Source: an uncultured Siphonobacter sp.
GTDB taxonomy: Bacteria > Bacteroidota > Bacteroidia > Cytophagales > Spirosomataceae
Length of the DNA: 32,000 bases
Direction: 5' to 3'
NCBI GenBank assembly: GCA_913775095.1
Contig: CAJYIW010000007.1
Span: forward strand, 1-32,000
A program made the translations under genes and the position numbers. The notes under the pieces were generated by a model. The model did no database searches and was not told where the DNA came from. It worked only from the letters and a program-made list of their open reading frames with translations. Positions 9,575 through 16,651 of the stretch are shown in pieces. The number at the start of each line of letters is the position of its first letter. Positions within the stretch are counted from its first letter, which is position 1.

Positions 9575-10672
9575 CTATTCTTCGCTGTAAATGGGTGCTT
9601 TCCGATTCCGGAGCTGCCCGCCTTCACGGTGCGAAAAGACAGTCCTGATTTCTGCCAGAATGGATAAGTCGATTTCCTCGGGCGTGGCTGCTCCGGTATC
9701 AAGTCCGGCGGGGCTGTAGGTTCGCTGAAACTGTTCCGGCGAAAGCGTAGTTCCTTCTTCATCCAGTCGCTGAATCATCTTCTCAAAACGCTTTCTGGGG
9801 CCCAGTAATCCGATGTAAGGAACCTGCGTAGAAGTTACGTAACGCTGGTAATTTTGAAAATCCGTTTCCAGATCATGGGCCATCAGCACCACCGCCGTAA
9901 AATCATCGGGTTCAATCTGAGTATCTTTCGGTACCACGGCATCGGCCCAATTGAACAATGACTTATTAATTTTCTGAGGATTGCAGAAGACGGTGCTTAG
10001 CCAGCCTAATTCCTTCGCCTGCCGAACCAGCGGGAAGATGTCATAATTACCGCCATGAATGAACAAATGAATGGGCGGCGGAATAATTTCCAGTAACAGA
10101 GTAATGCTTCCAAATTCTCCCGAAAGCGTTTGCAAAGTCGATTTTTCGTTGGTTAAGCAAGTATGGATGCAATCAATTACTTCCGCTCTCGCTACTGGAA
10201 ATTCGAAACCTTTCGGTGATTCAAAACGGTGAACGGAACCCTGAGGTAACTCTTCCAGTAAACTTTCGGTTACGGTGATGACTACAGAAGGCTGACGGCG
10301 GGAAATCAGCGGCTGTAACTGCAAAACGGCATTATGAGCATCATTAGGGTCTAGCGGACTGAGCAAAACGTCAATAATCCCATTACAACCGAGCCCAACC
10401 CCAATCTGATAGGGGTCATCATCAGTAGTATCATACGTAACAATAGAAGCCTTACCCGTTGACATCGCCAGCCGGGCTCGTTTCAGAGCATCGCCTTCCA
10501 GACATCCGCCGGAGATGCCTCCAATCCACTGACCGTCTTCCGTAACCAGCATTCGTGCTCCGACCCGGCGATAGGAGGAGCCTTCTACCCGTACGACGGT
10601 AGCCAGTGCGGCCCGCGTGTTCGAAAAATCAATCGTCAGGTAATGTTCGAGTATAGACTTTATTTCTTTCAT
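9575..10672 (-). CDS. XdhC/CoxF-family molybdenum-cofactor insertion/sulfuration chaperone
   Basis: 365-aa ORF. N-terminal XdhC_CoxI-type motif (ALATVVRVEGSSYRRVGARMLV...GGISGGCLE) plus a C-terminal Rossmann-like XdhC_C region. Confidence 0.85.
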   Translation of the reverse strand: MKEIKSILEHYLTIDFSNTRAALATVVRVEGSSYRRVGARMLVTEDGQWIGGISGGCLEGDALKRARLAMSTGKASIVTYDTTDDDPYQIGVGLGCNGIIDVLLSPLDPNDAHNAVLQLQPLISRRQPSVVITVTESLLEELPQGSVHRFESPKGFEFPVARAEVIDCIHTCLTNEKSTLQTLSGEFGSITLLLEIIPPPIHLFIHGGNYDIFPLVRQAKELGWLSTVFCNPQKINKSLFNWADAVVPKDTQIEPDDFTAVVLMAHDLETDFQNYQRYVTSTQVPYIGLLGPRKRFEKMIQRLDEEGTTLSPEQFQRTYSPAGLDTGAATPEEIDLSILAEIRTVFSHREGGQLRNRKAPIYSEE

Positions 10673-10722
10673 TTTACTTGTTTTCAGTCTTCTGTTTTAA
10701 GCGGCTGCGGCTGCGGTTTTGA

Positions 10723-10813
10723 GTTCTCAGTTCTCAGTTCTCAGTTCTCAGTTCTCAGTTCTCAGTTCTCAGTTCTCAGTTCTCAGTTCTCAGTTCTCAG
10801 TTCTCAGTTCTCA
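10723..10813 (+). repeat. Perfect heptanucleotide microsatellite (GTTCTCA) x13
   Basis: Direct reading: 13 perfect units followed by GTTGGAAAG. Lies 50 bp upstream of the xdhC-family start codon on the opposite strand. Confidence 0.99.
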
Positions 10814-10853
10814 GTTGGAAAGTAAAAACCCATAAAGGTAGGGAAGACGTTTG

Positions 10854-11345
10854 GAACTGAACCTAAGAACCCCAGCGGGGTTCAATGTGGGTAGCCCCGG
10901 ATGCTAATCCGGGGTGACAGCCGGGGTAATAATTGGGGTTCACATTTACTCTGCCCTGGCTGGTGTCTCACCAGCCAGTTGTAAGGAAGTGGTTGGTGAG
11001 GACACCAACCACGGCGGGGAACTGAACCTAAGAACCCCAGCGGGTTCAATGTGGGTAGCCCCGGATGCTAATCCGGGGTGACAGCCGGGGTAATAATTGG
11101 GGTTCACATTTGCTCTGCCCTGGCTGGTGTCTCACCAGCCAGTTGTTAAGGAAGTGGTTGGTGAGGACACCAACCACGGCGGGGCAATGTTTGAAACTGA
11201 ACGCAAGAACCCCGGCGGGGTTCAATCTGCGTAGCCCCGGGTGATGACCCGGGGTAATAATCGGGGTTCACATTTGCTCTGCCCTGGCTGGTGTCTCACC
11301 AGCCAGTTGTAAGGAAGTGGTTGGTGGGGACACCAACCACGGCGG
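10854..11345 (+). repeat. Tandem array B of the ~165-bp multi-hairpin unit (B1 10854-11019, B2 11020-11184, B3 11185-11345)
   Basis: Three near-identical direct copies. Each has GAACCCC-nnn-GGGGTTC, an 8-bp CCCCGGnT stem, GGCTGGTG-TCT-CACCAGCC, and GTGGTTGGTG-nnnn-CACCAACCAC. Confidence 0.97.
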
Positions 11346-11405
11346 AGCTCAGGATAAACATCCGGCTTCGTCTCTGATTGTAAACCGAAAAGGGTCAACA
11401 GAAAA

Positions 11406-13439
11406 CTAACGTATTCTTACTTTCACGCCGCCAAAAAAGGCCCGGTTTGTCGCGGGTTCAAAGTATCGCCCACCCGCGGCGTTGATTTGCACGTTCGCAA
11501 AATAGGTCTGGTTCAGCAGGTTATTAATTCCACCGAAAGGCTCCAGCGACCAGTTGTTCCACTTGATCTGCCAGCCGAAGCGTAAATTCAGCAGACTAAA
11601 GGCTTCAGTTTTTACCTGATTGGCGTCGTCAGCATAAAACGTGCCATTTCTGCGAAACTGAATAATGCCATAAAACCCTTTTGGACGGAAATAACGCAGT
11701 TCGCCATAACCAAAGTGGGGAGGAATCCCCGGTAACTGGTTTTTGTCAAAAGTCCCGGAGGTCGTGGTATAATTCAGGTAGGTAAAGTCAGAATAAGTAT
11801 AATTCGCATAGGCCGTTAAGCCTTCCACGAGCTGAGCGGTTATGCCCAGTTCAACGCCCCGACGGCGGGAGTTACCCGCATTTCTGTAAAACGTACGTCC
11901 CGGAAATTCAGTAAGCTGATACGGTACAATCTCTCCCCGGACGTTGACCTGAAAGACCGCCAGATCAACTTTTACTTTAGTAAAGGTCGCTTTGGTGCCG
12001 ACTTCAAAATTCTGAGCCCGCATCGGCCCCAATTCCGGATTGAAGCCACCAAGGTTGCTCGGATTGGTGCCCAGTTCGGTCAGAGCAGGAGTTTCAAAGC
12101 TGGTGGAAAAATTGGCATAAACGCTGCGTTCGGGCTGGTATTCCCAGTTGAATCCGGCCGTTGGACTAAACCGATGATAGTTCCGGGTTCCCGACTGATC
12201 GCCATCACTCAAAAACTGATCATCCACGTTCAAACGAATGGCATCGTAACGCGTGCCGATCGTTAACAACGTGTTTTTCAGGAAGCCAAATTCCTGCAAC
12301 GCATACGCTCCGATGGTTCGGAAGGTTTCCACCTGCTCGAGCGATAAAGGGCCCTGCTGACCGTCGAGGTTGTTGTATCGCTTACGGTTATCCTGTTGAT
12401 TTTCAATATCAACGCCGGTTTTTAATCGATAGGAAACCGAACCCAGCTGATCGGTAAACTGATAGCTAACACCGCCGCCAATGTAGTTGCGGAGGAATTG
12501 TACATTCCCGCCCGCCTGAAAAGCCAGGCGATTTTCAAAGTCGCGATTGGTCCAGAAGGTTCGGGCCTGGAACTGGTGTTTTTTACCAATGGTGTGATCG
12601 TAAATAGCGGCTATGCGTTGCTGCGTAGCTCCCGAAAAAGCCTGGAACTGCACATTTTGGGGACGAGCCATGCGACGGTTTTCTTCCACTTGCTGGAGGG
12701 TCAATCCGCCGGGATCTTCGGCCGTATTTTTTGATAAATTATACAAAATGGTTAGCTTATTTGAAGCGGTAAATTCATGCTGAAATTTCAGGTTCAGTAA
12801 CCAGTTATTCATGGAGGCATACGTCCGGTATCCATCCTGAAGGTTACGACTGGCATTGAGTAACAGGCTCGAACGTTTCCATTTCTGTCCCACTTTCAGT
12901 TGATACCGCTGAAACCCGTAACTTCCGGCCACGGCCTGGGCTTCGGCAAAGTTGTATTCGGGCGTTTCGGTGGTGTAGGATAAAATGCCCCCCGAAGCGT
13001 TTCCGTACAGGGCCGACGAGGCTCCCCGGATCACTTCCAGTTGTCCCAGACTTCCCACATCGAAATTATTCACCTTGGCCTGACCATCCGGCGTGGATTC
13101 AGGAATACCGTCGAGCAATACTTTTAAACCCCGGATGCCAAAAGAAGAACGGGCTCCGAAACCACGGATCGAGATGCGAAGATCCTGAGCAAAGTTGTCA
13201 GGATTTTGCGAAAACACCCCAGGAATGGCACCCATGGCATCAAAAAGGGAAAGCTGAGGCTGCCCAATCTGAAGGCGGGACTGATTAAGTACCGAAACTG
13301 AAAAAGGACTGCGGTTTTCGGCGAGCTGTAAACGGGTAGACTGAATCTCAACGGGTTTCAGGTCGCGGGTTCGGAGACTGTCCTGAGCCTGAGCAACCAG
13401 GGGTATACCAATAACAAGTAGAACGATCCGGAGATACAT
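11406..13439 (-). CDS. TonB-dependent outer-membrane receptor (siderophore/metal type, not SusC type)
   Basis: 677 aa. Signal peptide MYLRIVLLVIGIPLVAQAQ, plug motifs (IRGFGARSSFGIRGLKVLLDGIPESTPDG, EVIRGASSALYGN), and a long beta-barrel region. No SusD-like neighbour. Confidence 0.9.
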   Translation of the reverse strand: MYLRIVLLVIGIPLVAQAQDSLRTRDLKPVEIQSTRLQLAENRSPFSVSVLNQSRLQIGQPQLSLFDAMGAIPGVFSQNPDNFAQDLRISIRGFGARSSFGIRGLKVLLDGIPESTPDGQAKVNNFDVGSLGQLEVIRGASSALYGNASGGILSYTTETPEYNFAEAQAVAGSYGFQRYQLKVGQKWKRSSLLLNASRNLQDGYRTYASMNNWLLNLKFQHEFTASNKLTILYNLSKNTAEDPGGLTLQQVEENRRMARPQNVQFQAFSGATQQRIAAIYDHTIGKKHQFQARTFWTNRDFENRLAFQAGGNVQFLRNYIGGGVSYQFTDQLGSVSYRLKTGVDIENQQDNRKRYNNLDGQQGPLSLEQVETFRTIGAYALQEFGFLKNTLLTIGTRYDAIRLNVDDQFLSDGDQSGTRNYHRFSPTAGFNWEYQPERSVYANFSTSFETPALTELGTNPSNLGGFNPELGPMRAQNFEVGTKATFTKVKVDLAVFQVNVRGEIVPYQLTEFPGRTFYRNAGNSRRRGVELGITAQLVEGLTAYANYTYSDFTYLNYTTTSGTFDKNQLPGIPPHFGYGELRYFRPKGFYGIIQFRRNGTFYADDANQVKTEAFSLLNLRFGWQIKWNNWSLEPFGGINNLLNQTYFANVQINAAGGRYFEPATNRAFFGGVKVRIR

Positions 13440-13565
13440 ATAGTGGCTTTAATGTTGAATGAGCGAAGAAATGAATAATAGAATGGCAGGAGAAAAGAAT
13501 TCATAAAACTCTGAGCCATCGAACCGAGATCAAAACTCTATACGTAAACTATCTAACTCCAGACG

Positions 13566-13609
13566 CTTAAGTATAACTTTTCCATGAGTCAAATCGTTTT
13601 ATACTTAAG
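13566..13609. promoter_or_regulatory. Perfect 11-bp inverted repeat (CTTAAGTATAA-N22-TTATACTTAAG) in the receptor/AraC divergent region; candidate operator
   Basis: Direct reading; the arms are exact reverse complements. Confidence 0.4.
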
Positions 13610-13646
13610 GTAGAATAAATTGTATATTAGGGGTAAATTGTCAGTC

Positions 13647-13667
13647 TTCAGAAGAAATACTTCTGAA
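13647..13667. promoter_or_regulatory. 8-bp inverted repeat TTCAGAAG-AAATA-CTTCTGAA, 22 nt upstream of the AraC start; candidate autoregulatory site or 5-prime UTR hairpin
   Basis: Direct reading. TGTCAG...CAGAAG also recurs as a direct repeat at 13639-13654 and 13670-13678. Confidence 0.3.
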
Positions 13668-13689
13668 CCTGTCAGAAGATGGTAATGCT

Positions 13690-14604
13690 ATGAAATCGGA
13701 TTCTTTGTTTGATATCAGAAGTCATTTGAGAAATCGCCGGTTAGAGCAGGTCGTTGAAAATCGAACGGCTTATACGCTGGATACCGCTGAACTGAATATT
13801 TACGAAACGCATTCGCAGGCCGAAGCAGTGGAATTAACCTTTCATAGTCCGGTATTGACGAGTATGATTCGGGGCAAAAAAGTAATGCACCTGGAAGATA
13901 CACCGGATTTTGATTATCACCCCGGCGAATCCGTGCTGGTGCCCGGTAACCGAACTATGCGGATTGATTTTCCGGAAGCTAGTTTTTCCACTCCCACGCA
14001 ATGTCTGGCTTTGGCCATTAGTCAGGATCAGATTGCGAAGTACACGGATTTGCTGAACGAGAATATCCCCCTCGTCGATTCTCCCTCGGGGTGGCGGTGG
14101 TCGGACAATAGTTTTTACTTTACCAATTCCTCAACGGTGAATAGCCTGATTAGTCGGCTGATTGACATTTTCACGGAAAACAATCCGGCAAAAGAACTCT
14201 TTGCCGATCTGGTTATGAAGGAGTTAACCATGCGATTGGTACAGACCCAGGCTCGTCGCTTGTTAATCGAAAATAGTCAGCAGCACAGTACCAGCAATCG
14301 ATTGGCTTTTATTACGCAATATATCAAAGAGCACCTGCACGAAACGTTCAACGTCAGGCAGCTGGCGGATAAGGCCTGCATGAGCGAACCTAGTTTCTAC
14401 CGTCAGTTTAAAGCCCAGTTCGGCTTATCACCCCTGGAATTTATTAATCAGCAGCGGATTCAGCTGGCTCAGCGATTATTGAAAACGACGAACCGAAGCG
14501 TTGGTGATATCAGCGTAGCCTGCGGGTTTAATAACCTGAATCATTTTCTGAAACTTTTTAAACGGTACACTCAGCATACGCCGGTTCAGTATCGGTTCAA
14601 TTAG
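13690..14604 (+). CDS. AraC-family transcriptional regulator, divergent from the TonB-dependent receptor
   Basis: C-terminal double HTH (LADKACMSEPSFYRQFKAQFGLSPLEFINQQRIQLAQRLL...VGDISVACGFNNLNHFLKLFKRYTQHTPVQYR). N-terminal cupin-like sensor region. Confidence 0.9.
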   Translation: MKSDSLFDIRSHLRNRRLEQVVENRTAYTLDTAELNIYETHSQAEAVELTFHSPVLTSMIRGKKVMHLEDTPDFDYHPGESVLVPGNRTMRIDFPEASFSTPTQCLALAISQDQIAKYTDLLNENIPLVDSPSGWRWSDNSFYFTNSSTVNSLISRLIDIFTENNPAKELFADLVMKELTMRLVQTQARRLLIENSQQHSTSNRLAFITQYIKEHLHETFNVRQLADKACMSEPSFYRQFKAQFGLSPLEFINQQRIQLAQRLLKTTNRSVGDISVACGFNNLNHFLKLFKRYTQHTPVQYRFN

Positions 14605-14633
14605 TGGATAGTTGTAAATGATGGGTGACTGGA

Positions 14634-14662
14634 AAGGCCGGCAATTTTGCCGGCCTTGTTTA
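14634..14662 (+). terminator. Rho-independent terminator after the AraC gene
   Basis: Perfect 11-bp arms AAGGCCGGCAA / TTGCCGGCCTT followed by GTTTAT. Confidence 0.75.
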
Positions 14663-14673
14663 TGAGTCACTAC

Positions 14674-14914
14674 CCGCTTTTCCGCTGGCAGCCTCTGTTA
14701 AGAGATTAAAAGTCATTGCAATTCAGAGTACAACTAACTCATGCTACCAGCGAAAAAACTGGTAGCGGAAGGTTAACATTGTTGCCTTAAAACCTGTTTT
14801 CTGAGCCGCTGCCAGCTTTTCCGCTGGCAGCCTTACTTGAAGGATGGGTATACTGAAATTCAGATTAGTACTAACTCATGTTACCAGCGAAAAAGCTGGT
14901 AGCGGAGGGTTCAC
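14674..14914 (+). repeat. Two direct copies (14674-14777 and 14812-14914) of a ~100-nt two-hairpin element upstream of aldB
   Basis: Conserved blocks GCTTTTCCGCTGGCAGCC, AATTCAGA, TAACTCATG, TACCAGCGAAAAA, CTGGTAGCGGA, separated by a non-conserved linker. Hairpins are GCTGCCAGC/GCTGGCAGC and GCTACCAG/CTGGTAGC. Confidence 0.9.
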
Positions 14915-15037
14915 GGTCAATTTCTATTACCAAAATCAGATTGATAGAATCGATACCTTCTTTTGATAGGATCAATCCAATAATAAATAGACTAATTCCT
15001 GACCTTTGTCGAAGTAAACCTCTTAAACAATTGGAAT

Positions 15038-16561
15038 ATGGAAGCGACACTCGAAGCTCCGGTACGGGCAGACCGTCCGACCTTTAAAGATCGATACGAA
15101 AACTACATTGGTGGACAATGGGTAGCTCCGGCTCGCGGTCAGTATTTTGATAACATTTCCCCCGTCGATGGGAAAGTATTCTGTCAGGTAGCCCGTTCGA
15201 CTGCCGAAGATATAGACAAGGCACTGGATGCAGCCCACGCGGCTTTTCCGAAATGGTCCAAAACATCGGTGGCCAACCGCAGTAATGTGCTGCTGAAAAT
15301 TGCCGACCGTATTGAGCAAAATCTGGAGTACCTTGCCCGGGTAGAAACCATTGATAACGGCAAGCCCCTCCGGGAAACGCTGGCCGCCGATTTACCGCTG
15401 GTCGTTGACCATTTCCGGTATTATGCGGGTGTGATTCGGGCGGAAGAAAGCTCAGTGGCCGAGTTAGATGAAAATACGGTTTCCCTCAATATTCACGAAC
15501 CCATTGGGGTCGTAGGTCAGATCATTCCCTGGAATTTTCCCTTACTGATGGCAACCTGGAAAGTAGCCCCGGCACTGGCGGCAGGCTGTACGATTGTCCT
15601 GAAACCCGCCGAGCAAACTCCAACGAGTATTCTGGTATTACTGGAATTAATTGGTGATTTGTTACCGGAGGGCGTACTAAACGTGGTCAATGGTTTCGGC
15701 CTGGAGGCTGGAAAACCACTGGCTTCCTCAAATCGGGTGGCAAAAGTGGCCTTCACGGGAGAAACGACCACAGGACGCTTAATTCTCCAATACGCAGCTG
15801 AGAACCTGATTCCGGCGACGATGGAGTTAGGGGGTAAATCTCCTAATATCATCTTCCCCAGCGTGATGGATAAAGATGATGAATTCCTGGATAAAGCCAT
15901 TGAAGGAGCCGTATTGTTTGCCCTGAATCAGGGGGAAATTTGTACCTGTCCTTCCCGATTATTAGTCCATGAATCCATTTATGAGAAATTCATCGAGAAA
16001 GTAATTGCCCGGACGAAAGCCATTAAGATGGGAAGTCCGCTGGCCAACGACACCATGTTGGGAGCCCAGGCTTCGAAAGATCAGTACGAAAAAATTCTGT
16101 CGTACATCGAAATCGGTAAGCAGGAAGGGGCCGAGGTATTAACCGGCGGAGCCGCTTTCCATCAGAACAGCGGGCTGGAGAATGGCTATTACATTCAGCC
16201 AACTATCCTGAAAGGGCATAACAAAATGCGGATTTTTCAGGAAGAGATTTTCGGACCGGTGTTATCGGTAACCACATTCAAGGATACCGAAGAAGCCATT
16301 GCCATCGCCAATGATACCCTTTATGGGTTGGGAGCGGGAGTCTGGACGCGGGATGCTCACGAATTGTACACCGTACCGCGGGCCATTCAGGCGGGACGTG
16401 TGTGGGTGAACTGCTACCACGCTTACCCTGCCCATGCACCCTTTGGAGGGTATAAGAAATCAGGGTTTGGCCGCGAAACGCACAAAATGATGCTAAGTCA
16501 TTACCGCCAGACCAAAAACATGCTGATTTCTTACGATAAGAATAAGCTGGGATTCTTTTAA
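15038..16561 (+). CDS. aldB: NAD(P)-dependent aldehyde dehydrogenase, AldB-like
   Basis: 507 aa, near-collinear with E. coli AldB. Motifs [19 protein letters not shown], catalytic Cys region [18 protein letters not shown], and a C-terminal [27 protein letters not shown]. Confidence 0.92.
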   Translation: MEATLEAPVRADRPTFKDRYENYIGGQWVAPARGQYFDNISPVDGKVFCQVARSTAEDIDKALDAAHAAFPKWSKTSVANRSNVLLKIADRIEQNLEYLARVETIDNGKPLRETLAADLPLVVDHFRYYAGVIRAEESSVAELDENTVSLNIHEPIGVVGQIIPWNFPLLMATWKVAPALAAGCTIVLKPAEQTPTSILVLLELIGDLLPEGVLNVVNGFGLEAGKPLASSNRVAKVAFTGETTTGRLILQYAAENLIPATMELGGKSPNIIFPSVMDKDDEFLDKAIEGAVLFALNQGEICTCPSRLLVHESIYEKFIEKVIARTKAIKMGSPLANDTMLGAQASKDQYEKILSYIEIGKQEGAEVLTGGAAFHQNSGLENGYYIQPTILKGHNKMRIFQEEIFGPVLSVTTFKDTEEAIAIANDTLYGLGAGVWTRDAHELYTVPRAIQAGRVWVNCYHAYPAHAPFGGYKKSGFGRETHKMMLSHYRQTKNMLISYDKNKLGFF

Positions 16562-16564
16562 TGG

Positions 16565-16648
16565 GTTTGGAGTTTAGAGTTCTGAGTTGAGAGTTGGTAA
16601 CTAGCCCATTAACTCAAAACCCTAAACCACAAACTCAAAACCTAAACT
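16565..16648 (+). repeat. Degenerate heptamer run (GTTTGGA GTTTAGA GTTCTGA GTTGAGA GTTGGTA) followed by an AC-rich imperfect complement
   Basis: Direct reading of the aldB-DUF779 spacer. The GT-rich left arm and AC-rich right arm (CTCAAAACCCTAAACCACAAACTCAAAACCTAAAC) can form a long imperfect hairpin. Confidence 0.75.
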
Positions 16649-16651
16649 GTT

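Noticed and set aside
10643-10825. 60-aa plus-strand ORF reading FSVLSSQ repeatedly
   Set aside because: It is a translation of the (GTTCTCA)x13 microsatellite and overlaps the xdhC-family start on the other strand. It is not a gene.
10870-10895. tRNA-like T-arm (GGGGTTCAAT) in the repeat units
   Set aside because: No acceptor stem, anticodon arm or D-arm can be drawn. The segment is simply the 7-bp hairpin GAACCCC/GGGGTTC.
10854-11345. Possible CRISPR array
   Set aside because: The ~165-bp units abut one another with no unique spacers. They are far longer than CRISPR repeats, and no cas genes are present.
13441-13480. Fur box or B12 box upstream of the TonB-dependent receptor
   Set aside because: The AT-rich GAAATGAATAATAGAATGG does not align well to the 19-bp Fur consensus. 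TAGTGGC next to the start codon is not in a riboswitch context.
14878-15087. 69-aa ORF treated as a conventional protein gene
   Set aside because: Only its first 11 codons are conserved with the upstream copy, which terminates there. The remainder runs into aldB out of frame with no recognisable features. It is kept only as part of the mini-ORF/leader hypothesis.
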